Source of the DNA: an uncultured Chloroflexia bacterium
GTDB taxonomy: Bacteria; Chloroflexota; Dehalococcoidia; UBA2979
Assembly (NCBI GenBank): GCA_963728205.1
Contig: CAVSIV010000006.1
Location: forward strand, 1,632,001-1,696,000
Direction: 5' to 3'
DNA length: 64,000 nt
In this document: piece after piece, positions 11,543 through 21,946 of the stretch
How positions within the stretch are numbered: the stretch's first letter is position 1
How the letters are laid out: every line of letters begins with the position of its first letter
Position numbers and translations under genes: made by a program
Notes under the pieces: generated by a model
Told to the model about the DNA's origin: nothing
Database searches by the model: none
What the model saw: only the letters and a program-made list of their open reading frames with translations

Positions 11543-12855
11543 TACGGGGTCGGGCGCGGCGACCAGGCGGCGAACACGCCGTCGGCGATGCGGATCGGGG
11601 CAGCGGTCGAGTCCACGGACTGTACCCACACGCCGCTCTCGCCCTCGCCGTCGCTGCCCGCGTACACGAACTGCGAGCCGTCCGGCGACCAGAGCGAGAG
11701 CGCTCGCGCGTACTGGTCGAACGCGGGGAGGTAGTCGCGCGCCAGCTCCAGGCTCGGCGCGAACGCGTCGAGGCGGGTCGTCCTGTGCCCGTCCCAAATC
11801 GACCACCGCGTCTGGATGCCCTTCGCGTCGCGCTCGACCGAGAGGTAGAGCAAGCGACGGCTGTCGGGGCTCCAGAAGAACGCGGCGACCGGGGTCTGCG
11901 TGACGCGGATGGGCCGGCCGGTCGCCAGATCCTGCACGACCAGCGCGTCCGTGATCGCGAGCGGGGCCTGCCGCGAGGACGTCGACAGCGCGACGGTCTG
12001 GCCGCGCGACACGGGCTGCGGCTGCAGCGGCTGCGCCTGGTAGGCGAGCCGCCGCGCGTCGGGGCTGACCGCGAACGCGATCTCGCCGTCGAAGCGCAGC
12101 ACGTCGTGACGCGCACCGTTCGGCAGGGCTGCGACGAGCGTCTGCTGGCCGGCGTGCTGCGCGGCATAGAGCAGGAGGTCGCCGGCCGCGTTCGCGCTCC
12201 ACTGCGGCGCCCGGAAGCGCCCGCCCGACTGGGCGATGGGCTGCGACGCGCCGTTCACGGTGATGTTGCCGAGCAGGTCCCCACCGGCATGGAGGAAGAC
12301 GCCGCCGCCGTCGGGCTGCCAGTCGAAGTAGAGGGGCTGTCCCCCGGCGATCACGCGTGCGCGCGTGGGGTCGCCCGCCGTGTCGACCACCCCGAGCGCC
12401 GTGCCGGTGCGGCCGCTCGGCACGAGATAGGCGACCCGCATCGACGTCGGATCCCACGACAGGAAGAAGGCGGGCGCATCGAGCGGCGCCTCGGCGCGCC
12501 CGCTGCCGTCGGCACGCGCGGTGACGAGCGCGACGCGCTCGTCGGAACCCCGGCCGGTGACCTCCACCCACGCCACGCGCGAGGCGTCGGGCGACCAGGT
12601 CGGCTGCTGCGCGCGACGCCCGCCGCCGCCGTCCTGGAGGTCAATCCGTCCCTGGCCGTCCGGCGCGACGGTGAACAGTCCGCCGTTCGCGGCGAGCACG
12701 AGGATGCGTCCGTTGGTCGCCGTGATGCGGTCCACGGGCGCGGGCGTGCGCGTGGCGGCGGGGCCCCCGTCCGCGAGCGAGGCGCAGCCGGCGAGCACCG
12801 CCGTGCACGCGACGGCGACGGCGGCGAGGAGGGACAGGCGCACGCGGAGAGGCAT
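11542..12855 (-). CDS. TolB-like (PD40) beta-propeller lipoprotein
   Basis: Lipobox LAGC after a hydrophobic leader; repeated WSPD/WDPT/WQPD/VSPD blades. Confidence 0.8.
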   Translation of the reverse strand: MPLRVRLSLLAAVAVACTAVLAGCASLADGGPAATRTPAPVDRITATNGRILVLAANGGLFTVAPDGQGRIDLQDGGGGRRAQQPTWSPDASRVAWVEVTGRGSDERVALVTARADGSGRAEAPLDAPAFFLSWDPTSMRVAYLVPSGRTGTALGVVDTAGDPTRARVIAGGQPLYFDWQPDGGGVFLHAGGDLLGNITVNGASQPIAQSGGRFRAPQWSANAAGDLLLYAAQHAGQQTLVAALPNGARHDVLRFDGEIAFAVSPDARRLAYQAQPLQPQPVSRGQTVALSTSSRQAPLAITDALVVQDLATGRPIRVTQTPVAAFFWSPDSRRLLYLSVERDAKGIQTRWSIWDGHRTTRLDAFAPSLELARDYLPAFDQYARALSLWSPDGSQFVYAGSDGEGESGVWVQSVDSTAAPIRIADGVFAAWSPRPTP

Positions 12856-12969
12856 GGGGCGGAAGGCTACCCAGTCGGCGGCGGCGCTGTCCATGGGGCG
12901 CCCCGGCGCCGCCGACGGCGCGACCGCCATCTCACCGCCCGGAGAGGCGGCCATCGCGCGGGCTCCCGC

Positions 12970-13761
12970 CTACGCGTCCGGCTCGAGCGCGCCGACGTTC
13001 GCGCCGCCCCGCGCGGCAGCCAGTGCCGTCACGGCCTCCTTGCGCATGAAGCCGAGCTCCGACCCCAGCGTCACCATCTGGAAGCCCTGCTTGAGGTAGC
13101 GCGTCGTGAACTCGACCGAGCCTGTGTGGATGCCGGGCGCCACGCCGTGGCGCTTGCAGGCCTCGAGGATCCGGTCGACGGTCGCGACATGCGTGGGCTC
13201 GTTGTTGTCGCCGGTCGGCTGCAGGCCGATCGCGTACGCAAGGTCTGACGGGCCGATGTACGCGGCGTCGACGCCGGGCACCGAGAGGATCTCGTCGAGC
13301 TTCTCGATGCCCTCGGCGGTCTCGATCATCACGATGCACGCAATCTCGTCGTTCGCCCAGGACTGGTAGCCGGGACCCCCGTACATCGCGGCGCGCGCGG
13401 GGCCCGACGAGCGGCCGCCCGCCGGCGGGTAGCGCATCGCCGCCACGGCGCGCTCGGCCTCCTGCTTGTTGTCGACGAGGGGCACGACCACGCCGTACGC
13501 GCCGGCGTCGAGCACCCGCATGATGATCGACGGCTCGTTGCCGGGCACGCGCACGAACGGGATCGTCTTCGTCGTCGAGATCGCCTGCAGCATCGAGACA
13601 CACACGGGGTAGTCCGCGATGCCGTGCTGCATGTCGATGCAGAGCCAGTCGAAGCCGGCGTGCGCCATCGCCTCGGCGGAGAACGCCGAGTCGATGGACA
13701 GCCAGGCGCCGACGGTCTGCTCGCCGTTGCGCCATGCGCGGAGCACGTGATTCGGTCGCAT
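12970..13761 (-). CDS. HpcH/HpaI family class II aldolase
   Basis: DWLCIDMQHG, VLDAGA, RYPPAG.RS, MIET, YIGPSDL. Confidence 0.9.
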   Translation of the reverse strand: MRPNHVLRAWRNGEQTVGAWLSIDSAFSAEAMAHAGFDWLCIDMQHGIADYPVCVSMLQAISTTKTIPFVRVPGNEPSIIMRVLDAGAYGVVVPLVDNKQEAERAVAAMRYPPAGGRSSGPARAAMYGGPGYQSWANDEIACIVMIETAEGIEKLDEILSVPGVDAAYIGPSDLAYAIGLQPTGDNNEPTHVATVDRILEACKRHGVAPGIHTGSVEFTTRYLKQGFQMVTLGSELGFMRKEAVTALAAARGGANVGALEPDA

Positions 13762-13895
13762 GTGGGTCACCCGTCCCTTCGCGCGCGCCGGGTGGCGCGG
13801 CCCGTTTCCCGCTTCGCGGTTCGACGTCGCTGGCGACGCACGGTGCGTTCCGCGGCGCGCTCACCGCGACGGGCGCACCCGGCGGGGCGTTCGCG

Positions 13896-14900
13896 TCAGG
13901 CGAGCGCCGCCCGCGGCTGCACCTCGTCGCGGTTCGGCACGAACTCCGGCCAGCGGCCGTTCACCAGCACGTCGACGACCGCCTCGCCGACGCGCCGCTT
14001 GAGCGCGTCGAACGCGCGGTCCGAGTAGCTCGCGGAGTGCGGCGTGAGCACGACGTTCTCGAGCGTGCCGAGCGGCGAGTCGCCGGAGAGCGGCTCGCGC
14101 TCGAAGACGTCGAGGCCGGCGCCGGCAATCTCACCCGACTGCAGCGCGTCAATCAACGCCATCTCGTCGACGACCGGGCCGCGTGACGTATTCACCAGGT
14201 AGGCGGTCGACTGCATGCGCCGGAACTGCTCGGCGCCCATCAGGTGGTGTGTTTCGGGCGTGAGCGGCGTGTGCAACGAGACGAAGTCGGCGCGCGCCAG
14301 CAGCTCGTCGAGCGTCGCGACGCGCTCCACGCCGTGCTCGGCGAAGACGGCGTCCGGCACGTACGGGTCGGTGGCGATCACCCGCAGGTCGAAGGCGCGG
14401 GCGCGCTGCGCGACGGCGCGCGCGATGTTGCCGAAGGCGACGAGCCCGAGCACCTGCCCGGTGATGTGCGGCATGTGCGACAGGGCGCCGGGCCGCCAGC
14501 GGCCCCGGCGCACCGCGCGGTCGAGCGGGATCAGCTGCTTGGACAGCGCGAGGAGCAGCATCATCGCGTGGTTCGCGACCTCGGGCTGGCAGAAGTCGGG
14601 GAAGTGCGCGACGACGACGCCGTGATCGGTCGCGGCGGGGATGTCGAGCGAGTCGAGTCCGACGCCGTAGCGGACGAGCAGCTTGAGCTTCGGCAGGCGG
14701 GCGATCACGCCGCGGGTGATCGGAGCCGCGGAGACGAGGACGGCGTCGGCGTCCTCGAGGTTTGCGACGAGCTCGTCCTCGGTGCGGCCGCGACTGATGC
14801 GGAACTCGCCCCCGGCGGCCTCGATCACGGCGCGCTCGATCTCGAACGCGCCCTCGCTGGTGGCGTCGGAGTGGATGGCGATGAAACGGGGTTCGGCCAT
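13896..14900 (-). CDS. D-isomer-specific 2-hydroxyacid dehydrogenase
   Basis: RYGVGLD, GLVAFGNIA, SLHTPLT, NTSRG, GLDVFEREP, TPHSA. Confidence 0.9.
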   Translation of the reverse strand: MAEPRFIAIHSDATSEGAFEIERAVIEAAGGEFRISRGRTEDELVANLEDADAVLVSAAPITRGVIARLPKLKLLVRYGVGLDSLDIPAATDHGVVVAHFPDFCQPEVANHAMMLLLALSKQLIPLDRAVRRGRWRPGALSHMPHITGQVLGLVAFGNIARAVAQRARAFDLRVIATDPYVPDAVFAEHGVERVATLDELLARADFVSLHTPLTPETHHLMGAEQFRRMQSTAYLVNTSRGPVVDEMALIDALQSGEIAGAGLDVFEREPLSGDSPLGTLENVVLTPHSASYSDRAFDALKRRVGEAVVDVLVNGRWPEFVPNRDEVQPRAALA

Positions 14901-15048
14901 GCGCGGCAGGATCGGCGGCGCGTCCACCCCTGTCAACGCGGCGGAGCGCGAGCGCCCCGCGACGGCATCACGAAACGTATCGCCGGGGGCGGTCGGGGCT
15001 TTTCACGCTGTCGTAGGATGACGCCAACCGCGGGGGGTTCGAAGCGGG

Positions 15049-15603
15049 GTGATCCGAATGAGCTGGTACGACGTCATGCTGACGCCGCTCGGTGCGGTGT
15101 TCGTCGGCGGGTCGGATGCCGGTCTGCACCGGGTCGACTTCATGAGCAGGGCGCACGGGGTGCGCTGGTTCATGGACCGGCTCGTCGGCGACACCCACGC
15201 AGAACCGCGGCACGACCCGGACGCTGCCGGCGACGCGGTGTCGCAGCTCGCCGCCTACTTCGGCGGCACGCGGCTGGGGTTCGACCTGCCTCTGGCGCCG
15301 CGCGGCACGGAGTTTCAGCGCAAGGTGTGGGCGGCGCTGCGGCGGATCCCGCCGGGCGAGACGCTGAGCTACGGGGAGATCGCGGCGGCGGTGGGGCGCC
15401 CCACGGCGTCGCGCGCGGTGGGAGCGGCGAACGGCCGCAACCCGCTCGCAATCGTCGTGCCGTGCCACCGCGTGGTCGGGGCGAACGGTCAGCTCACGGG
15501 GTACGCGGGCGGCCTGGACCGCAAGCGCTGGCTGCTGCAGCACGAGCACGAGAAGCGCTGCGCGGCGGAGCCCGCACCGCCCGGGCGGCTCGCCCAGGCT
15601 TAG
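15049..15603 (+). CDS. ogt: Methylated-DNA--protein-cysteine methyltransferase
   Basis: GTEFQRKVW, ASRAVG, active site VPCHRV. Confidence 0.92.
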   Translation: MIRMSWYDVMLTPLGAVFVGGSDAGLHRVDFMSRAHGVRWFMDRLVGDTHAEPRHDPDAAGDAVSQLAAYFGGTRLGFDLPLAPRGTEFQRKVWAALRRIPPGETLSYGEIAAAVGRPTASRAVGAANGRNPLAIVVPCHRVVGANGQLTGYAGGLDRKRWLLQHEHEKRCAAEPAPPGRLAQA

Positions 15604-15854
15604 TTTTCGCGCTACCGGCCGCGCGCGCGGACGGGCTCACGCCCGACCGCCGCGCGGCCACTGCCTGCGCTCGTCGCGCGGGCGAGCGCCCGCGCCCCTC
15701 GCTCCGGCGGGCGCGTGGGTGCGCGGAGGGTTGAGCGTTGACGGACGACGGCTCGCGCCGTCGGCGGGCGGCGAACAGCGCGCGGTAGGATGCCGGGCGG
15801 AACACCGCGGGTGCGGCAGCCGGGCGGGCGCCGCGGACGAGGGGGAGAAGGACG

Positions 15855-16646
15855 ATGGGATCACTCGACGGCAAGGTCGCGATCGTCGTCGGCGCGAGCC
15901 GCGGCATCGGGGCAGACATCGCGAAGCACCTCGGCGGCGCAGGCGCGAAGGTCGCGGTCGGCGCCCGCACCGAGGTCCAGAAGGACCCGCGGCTGCCGGG
16001 GACGATCCACTCCGTCTCCGAGGAGATCCGCGCGACGGGCGGCACCGCGCTGCCCGTCGTGATGAACCTGCGCGACATGGACAGCGTGCGCGCCGGCATC
16101 AAGCAGACGCTCGACGAGTGGGGCCGCGTCGACATCCTCGTGAACAACGCCGCCATCTTCGTGCCCGGCACGATCGAGACGGTGCAGGACCGGCACATCG
16201 ACCTCAGCTTCGGGGTGAACCTGCTCGGGCCGATCCTCGCGATGCGCGAGATCCTGCCGCACCTGCGCGAGGCGGGCGGCGGGCACATCATCAACATCTC
16301 GTCGCGCGGCGCGCTGTTCCCGGGACCCGGCCCGTACGACACCTCGCGCAAGCCGGGCGGCGACGTCTTCTACGGCGCGCAGAAGGCCGCGATCGAGCGG
16401 TTCTCGCAGCAGCAGGCGTGGCTGCTGCAGGACGAGAACATCGCGGTGAACGTGCTGTCGCCGCAGGGGCGCATCAAGACGCCCGGCAACATCTACGCGC
16501 AGAACGACCGTGAGAACCCCGACCTCGACTTCGAGGCGGCGGACGACATGGGCAAGGCGGCGGTCTGGATCTGCGCGCAGGCGGCGAAGGACTTCACCGG
16601 GAACATCGTCTACGACCAGGAGTTCTGCAAGGAGAAGGGGCTCTAG
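15855..16646 (+). CDS. Short-chain dehydrogenase/reductase
   Basis: VGASRGIG, NNAA, INISS, YGAQK. Confidence 0.9.
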   Translation: MGSLDGKVAIVVGASRGIGADIAKHLGGAGAKVAVGARTEVQKDPRLPGTIHSVSEEIRATGGTALPVVMNLRDMDSVRAGIKQTLDEWGRVDILVNNAAIFVPGTIETVQDRHIDLSFGVNLLGPILAMREILPHLREAGGGHIINISSRGALFPGPGPYDTSRKPGGDVFYGAQKAAIERFSQQQAWLLQDENIAVNVLSPQGRIKTPGNIYAQNDRENPDLDFEAADDMGKAAVWICAQAAKDFTGNIVYDQEFCKEKGL

Positions 16647-16707
16647 CGAGCCCCTGCTCGCTGCGGCGCGGGGCGTGCATAGCGGTCGCGCAAACTACGC
16701 TGGGCGC

Positions 16708-17154
16708 ATGGCCGCCGGTTCTCCAACCCGTGCGTTGCTCGTGGTCGATCGCGTCTTTCGCGTCGCGGGAAGCGGCGTGCTGGCAGCGCTCGCCATCACG
16801 GGGGCGATGCTCGCGGCAGGGAGCGACGCCTGGCGCGTTCCGTTCGTGCTCGCGCACCTCTGCGCGTTGATCGCGCTCGTGCCGCTCGGCGTGGCGCTGG
16901 TCGTGGGCGCGGTTCGGGACGGGTACGCGCTGCGCCGCTCGCCCACGGGAGCCGTGCGCGCAGTGATCGACCGTTACCCGGTCGTCGTCGCGCTCGTCGT
17001 GCTCTCATTCGTCACCGTCGCGGTCTCGCTGTCGCAGTTCAACGGCGTGCAGTGGCTGCGCACGGTCGCCAATCTCGCGACGGTCGCCATCGCGCTGACG
17101 CTCGTGGCGCGCTATCTGCGCCGCGGTCCACCGGGACGTGCGGCGGGGCGCTAG
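16708..17154 (+). CDS. Hypothetical membrane protein
   Basis: About four hydrophobic segments; sits between SDR and MFS genes on the same strand. Confidence 0.6.
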   Translation: MAAGSPTRALLVVDRVFRVAGSGVLAALAITGAMLAAGSDAWRVPFVLAHLCALIALVPLGVALVVGAVRDGYALRRSPTGAVRAVIDRYPVVVALVVLSFVTVAVSLSQFNGVQWLRTVANLATVAIALTLVARYLRRGPPGRAAGR

Positions 17155-17192
17155 TCTCAGAGCCTCGGAGCGCGGAGGGGTGCCCGGTGGCC

Positions 17193-18482
17193 ATGACGGC
17201 GGTGCGGGCGAGCATGGAGCGACGCGTCATCGTGTCGGCCGCGCTCGCCCACGCGATGACCCACACGCTGGAGCTCACGTTCGCGGCGCTGCTCGTGCGC
17301 ATCGGCGCGCAGTACGGGGTCGACGTCGCCGTGCTGGGCGCGGTCGCGAACGCGGGGACCGTCACGTTCGGCGTGACCGCGCTGCCGTCGGGCTGGCTCG
17401 TCGACCGGTTCGGGCCGCGCACGGTGATGGTCGCGGCGATGTGGTTCGCGGGCGTGTTCGCGCTGCTCGTCGCCGCGTCGCCGTCGCTGCTGTTCCTCGC
17501 GGCGGCGCTGACGCTGCTCGGCGCCGGCATCGGGCTGTACCACCCGGCCGGCACGTCGATGGTCGCGACGGTGGCCGAGCGTCGTGGGCTTGGGCTCGCG
17601 GCGCAGGGCATCGCGGGGAACCTCGGGGTCGCGCTGTCGCCGGTGCTCGCGGTCGCGATCTCGATCGTGTTCGACTGGCGCGTCGCGTACGTCTGCTTCG
17701 GCGTGGCGGCGTTCCTGGTGGGGCTGCTCGTGCTGCGCATCGCGCCGAGCCGCGCGGAAGCGACGGTCGCGGTGGCGGCGCGCGCCCGCGCGCAGGCGGC
17801 CGCGCCGCCGCACCGGCGCCTGACGGCACCGCCGGCGGTGCGGCACTGGCTCACGCCGGCGCTGCTGCTGATCTACGGGTCGGCGATCCTGCAGGGGTTC
17901 ATCTACCGCGGCTCGCTCACGTTCCTCACGCTGCACCTGCGCGAGCACCTCGGCATCCACGTCTTCGGCTGGGATCCCGAGGCGGTGGCCGGCGCCGCCG
18001 CGACGCTCGTGCTGCTCGCCGCGGTATTCGGACAGATCGCCGGCGGCACGCTGTCGGACCGCATCCCGGTCGAGCGCGCCGTGCTCCCGTTCATCGCGCT
18101 GACCGGGCCGTTCCTCTTCCTGATCGGGCCGTCGACCGGCGTGCTGCTGCTCGTCGCGTGCGCGGGATTCGTGCTGATGAACTTCGCGCAGCAGCCGGTG
18201 TTCAACGGGCTCATCACCGACTACTCCCCGGACGGGGCAGTCGGCCGCGCGTTCGGGATCTCGTTCTTCCTCACGTTCGGGCTGGGGTCGTTTTCCGCCA
18301 CCTTCGCGGGGATGATCGCGAACCGCTGGGGTACGCCGCAGGTGTTCTTCGCACTGGGGTGCGTGTCCCTGACGATGGTCGTGGCGATGGCGACCGTCGC
18401 GCTCGGCGCGGAGCGGCGGCGGGCGCGGCACGCGTCGGCGCGCGCACGCGAGTCGGCGGCGGAGCTGGTCGCGGAGTCCTGA
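17193..18482 (+). CDS. MFS transporter
   Basis: Motif A GWLVDRFGPR, GLYHP, about 12 hydrophobic helices. Confidence 0.88.
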   Translation: MTAVRASMERRVIVSAALAHAMTHTLELTFAALLVRIGAQYGVDVAVLGAVANAGTVTFGVTALPSGWLVDRFGPRTVMVAAMWFAGVFALLVAASPSLLFLAAALTLLGAGIGLYHPAGTSMVATVAERRGLGLAAQGIAGNLGVALSPVLAVAISIVFDWRVAYVCFGVAAFLVGLLVLRIAPSRAEATVAVAARARAQAAAPPHRRLTAPPAVRHWLTPALLLIYGSAILQGFIYRGSLTFLTLHLREHLGIHVFGWDPEAVAGAAATLVLLAAVFGQIAGGTLSDRIPVERAVLPFIALTGPFLFLIGPSTGVLLLVACAGFVLMNFAQQPVFNGLITDYSPDGAVGRAFGISFFLTFGLGSFSATFAGMIANRWGTPQVFFALGCVSLTMVVAMATVALGAERRRARHASARARESAAELVAES

Positions 18483-18549
18483 GCGGCGGCGAGCGCGCGG
18501 CCGCCCGCGTCCCTAGACTGTGCGCGCGGGGGCCGGGAGGCGTGGCGGC

Positions 18550-18936
18550 GTGCTGAAGCTGGCCGGGCTCTTCGCGCTCGTCGTGGCGCTCGTGATGTGG
18601 CTGCTGCTCGCGTCGACGCTGCTCGATGGGCTGCGCAGCGGCCAGCGGGCGTCGGTGCTGGCGACGGTGACCGCGACGGTGCCGGCGGCCGCCGACACGG
18701 CGACGCCGGCCGTGGTGGCGGAGACCGCATCGCCGACGTCGAGCGCAGCCGCGGCGCAGACGCCCGCGGCGACCGCAGCCGCGAGCGAGCGGCGGTACAC
18801 GGTGCAGCCGGGCGACAACCTCACGAAGATCGCGCGCACGTTCGACGTGACGGTGGAGGCGCTCGAGTCGGCGAACCACATCACGGACCCGTCGACGCTG
18901 CAAGCCGGGCAGGTGCTCGTCATTCCGAGGTCGTAG
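18550..18936 (+). CDS. Membrane-anchored LysM peptidoglycan-binding protein
   Basis: N-terminal TM, Ala/Thr/Pro linker, YTVQPGDNLTKIA...LQAGQVLVIP. Confidence 0.88.
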   Translation: MLKLAGLFALVVALVMWLLLASTLLDGLRSGQRASVLATVTATVPAAADTATPAVVAETASPTSSAAAAQTPAATAAASERRYTVQPGDNLTKIARTFDVTVEALESANHITDPSTLQAGQVLVIPRS

Positions 18937-19021
18937 GGGCGCGGGCCGGCGGCATGTCTGCCGGCCGCTGAGGGCGGCCGGCGCCGTGCTGCTCGGCCGG
19001 GCGCGCGTGCGCGAGCGCGTG

Positions 19022-19843
19022 CTACTCGAGCGTCAGCGGCGTGTCGTCGCGGTTGGCCCACTCGCCCATCGAGCCGTCGTAGTTGCGCACGCGGTCGTTG
19101 CCGAGCAGCGTCAGCACGAAGTGGCCGAAGGCGCCGCGGATGCCGGACTGACAGTAGGTGACCGTCTCGGCGTCGGGGTCGATGCCGGCCTGCTCGAGCG
19201 CGGCGCGGATCTCCGGGAGCGGGCGGAAGCGGCGCGCGGGCGGGCCCTGCATCAGCGTGCGCCACTCCAGGTGTCGCGCGCCGGGCACGCGGCCGACGCG
19301 CGCGTTGCCGCGGTCGTTCGTGCCGTCCCACTCGTCGGGCGCCCGCGTGTCCCAGAGCGCGGGCCCCCGCCCGCCGTCGATCGCCGCCTTCAGGTCGTCC
19401 GCGAGCATCACGACGGACGCGTCCGGCCGCGCGGTGAACGTGCCGGGCGCCGGCCGCGGCGGCGCCGACGTCAGCGACCGGCCCTCGTCGAGCCACGCGT
19501 TGAAGCCGCCGTCGACGACGCGCACGTCGCGGTGGCCGTAGTGGCGGAACACCCACCACACGCGCGCCGCGTGCAGCGATGCGTTGTCGTCGTAGACGAC
19601 GACCGGCGTGTCCGCCGAGACGCCCGCGTGGCGCGCGAAGGCCTCGAACTCCTCGGCCGTCATCACCAGCCGGCCGTTTGCGGCGCCCTTCAGGTACGGG
19701 TGCGGCACGCCGACGGCGCCGGGGACGTGCGCGCGGCGGTAGGCGACGGCCTCGCCGGCGTCGATCAACACCATCGCCGGGTCGTCCAGGTGGCCCGCCA
19801 GCCACTCGGTGCTCACCAGCAGCTCGTCCGCGCGTCCGGTCAT
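19022..19843 (-). CDS. Tandem rhodanese sulfurtransferase (SseA-like)
   Basis: LVSTEWL, HVPGAV, ARVWW, DGG, active site YCQSGIR, YDGSMGEW. Confidence 0.9.
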   Translation of the reverse strand: MTGRADELLVSTEWLAGHLDDPAMVLIDAGEAVAYRRAHVPGAVGVPHPYLKGAANGRLVMTAEEFEAFARHAGVSADTPVVVYDDNASLHAARVWWVFRHYGHRDVRVVDGGFNAWLDEGRSLTSAPPRPAPGTFTARPDASVVMLADDLKAAIDGGRGPALWDTRAPDEWDGTNDRGNARVGRVPGARHLEWRTLMQGPPARRFRPLPEIRAALEQAGIDPDAETVTYCQSGIRGAFGHFVLTLLGNDRVRNYDGSMGEWANRDDTPLTLE

Positions 19844-20586
19844 CGTTCGCCTCCTTCGGCGCCGCCGGCGCGCCAGCCGTCCACCAGTCTGAGCAGCTCG
19901 GGCAGCCGCGCGATCGTCGCGTCGGGCACGACGTCGTACGGCGGCACCTCGTCGTTCGGGCGCAGCACCGCGCGCAGGCCGGAGCGGCGCGCGCCGAAGA
20001 TGTCGTCGAAGGGGCGATCGCCGACGAACACGGCGCGCGCGGGGTCGTCGACGCCCACCGCCGCCAGCGCCGAGCGGAACGCCTCGGGGTGCGGCTTCAT
20101 GTGCGTCATCTCGCTCGTGTAGAGGCGCGCGTCGATCAGCTCCGCGAGGCCGTCGCGCTCGAGGAAGCGCTCGTGGAAGGTGCGCGGCCAGTGCGTGTTC
20201 GAGAGCAGCCCGATGCGCAGGCCGCGGTCGCGCAGCGCGCGGATCGTCGCGGCGGCCTCGGGGTCGTGCGTGACGTGCGGCGTCCAGGCGTCGAGGTAGC
20301 GCACGCCGGCCTCCTCGAGCACCGCCTCGCCGACGTCGACGCCGAGCGCGGCCTGCGCCTCCGCGAGCAGATCGGCGAGCGACCCGGCGCGCGCGTCCTC
20401 GGCGGCCGTGCGGTCCCAGAAGGCGCGCTCGACGTCCATCAGCCGCGCGGTGAGGGCGTTCTCGTCCTCCGGCAGGTGCTGGGCCAGGTGACGCGCCGCG
20501 AGCCGCCACATGTCCTCCATCTCGATCGACGCGAACGTCGTGAGCGTGCCGCCCCAGTCGAAGATCACGGCGTCGATGTCGCTCAC
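19840..20586 (-). CDS. HAD-superfamily hydrolase
   Basis: VIFDWGGTL, LLSNT, KPHP, FVGDRPFDDI. Confidence 0.85.
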   Translation of the reverse strand: MSDIDAVIFDWGGTLTTFASIEMEDMWRLAARHLAQHLPEDENALTARLMDVERAFWDRTAAEDARAGSLADLLAEAQAALGVDVGEAVLEEAGVRYLDAWTPHVTHDPEAAATIRALRDRGLRIGLLSNTHWPRTFHERFLERDGLAELIDARLYTSEMTHMKPHPEAFRSALAAVGVDDPARAVFVGDRPFDDIFGARRSGLRAVLRPNDEVPPYDVVPDATIARLPELLRLVDGWRAGGAEGGER

Positions 20587-21896
20587 GCCAGCGGCCCTCG
20601 CGGCCGCGCGGCCGCCGCTCCCGCGGCCGGGCCGCCGACGACCGGCTCGATCGCGACGCGCTTGATGCGGCGTTCGTCGACGTCGAGCACCGTGAACCGG
20701 AAGCCGAGGTGCTCGACCGACTCGCCCACGGCCGGGAAGCGGTGCGTGAACGACAGCACCAGGCCGGCGACGGTGTTCGCCTCGACCTCGGTGAGGTCGG
20801 TGTTCAGCTCGTGCGAGAGGTCGACGAGCAGGCGCGTGCCGTCGACCTCGATGCGGCCGCCCGCGAGCGGGTGCTCGGCCGTCGGCTCCTCGCCGCTCTC
20901 GCTGCGCAGGTCGCCGACGACCTCTTCGATGATGTCCTCGAGGGTGACGAGGCCGGAGGTCGTGCCGAACTCGTCGACGAGCATCACCATGTACGATCCG
21001 TGCGCGCGCATCAGCTCGAGGACGTGCGCGATCGACGAGTGCTCCGATTCGAAGGTTGCCGGCCGCATCACGGTGCGCACGGCGCGCCGGTCCTCGCCGC
21101 GCAGGTGCGCGGCGCTGACGTCGCTGACGTGCACGTAGCCGACGACGTCGTCGGGGCTGTCCTCGTAGACGGGCAGGCGGAGGAAGCCGGACGCGGCGAG
21201 CGCCTCGGCGGCCTGGTGGACGGTTTCGTTCGACTCGACGGCTTCGAACTCGGTGCGCGGCGTCATGATCTCCTGGACCTGCCGCTGCTCGAGCGTGAGT
21301 GCGCCGAGCAGCCGGCTCGATTCGAGCCGCTCGATCGCGCCCGTCTCGGCGCCGACGCGGATCGCGGTCCGCAGCTCGGCGATGCCGAGGACGCCCGGCT
21401 CCAGCACGGTCTCCTGCCCGAAGAGGCGCACGGTGGCCTGCGTGAGGAAGTCGAGCGCCCACACGGCCGGCCGGGTGAGGCGCGTCCACAGGGCCATCGG
21501 CACCGCCCACAGGCGGCTGACCGGGAACGCGTAGGAGAGCGCCAGCGTCTTCGGCCCGACCTCGCCGAAGACGACGAGCAGCAGCGTGACGCCGAGCGTG
21601 GCGATCAGCACGGCGACGCCGCTGGCCGGACCGAGGATCTCGCCGGCGACGACGGTACCGACCGCCGCCGCCGCCGTGTTCACGAGGTTGTTGCCGAGCA
21701 GGATCGCGGAGAGCAGCGAGTGCGGTCGGTCGAGCAGCCGCGAGACCCGCGCCGCGCCCGGGGCGCCCTCCCGCACGAGGTGCTCGAGCCGCACGCGCTG
21801 GAGCGAAAGGAACGCCGTCTCCGACGACGAGAAGAAGGCGGAGAGGAACAGCAGGCCGAGCAGGATGATCAGATAGGGGACCACGGTGGCGCTCAC
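20583..21896 (-). CDS. Hemolysin/CNNM (DUF21-CBS-CorC) family protein
   Basis: FFSSSETAF, GEVGPK, IMTPR, VDEFGTTSGLVTLEDIIEE. Confidence 0.9.
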   Translation of the reverse strand: MSATVVPYLIILLGLLFLSAFFSSSETAFLSLQRVRLEHLVREGAPGAARVSRLLDRPHSLLSAILLGNNLVNTAAAAVGTVVAGEILGPASGVAVLIATLGVTLLLVVFGEVGPKTLALSYAFPVSRLWAVPMALWTRLTRPAVWALDFLTQATVRLFGQETVLEPGVLGIAELRTAIRVGAETGAIERLESSRLLGALTLEQRQVQEIMTPRTEFEAVESNETVHQAAEALAASGFLRLPVYEDSPDDVVGYVHVSDVSAAHLRGEDRRAVRTVMRPATFESEHSSIAHVLELMRAHGSYMVMLVDEFGTTSGLVTLEDIIEEVVGDLRSESGEEPTAEHPLAGGRIEVDGTRLLVDLSHELNTDLTEVEANTVAGLVLSFTHRFPAVGESVEHLGFRFTVLDVDERRIKRVAIEPVVGGPAAGAAAARPRGPLA

Positions 21897-21946
21897 TCCC
21901 GTTCGCCCGCGTAGGGTAGGGGAGGCGCGGTCCGCGCGGTGCCCGT

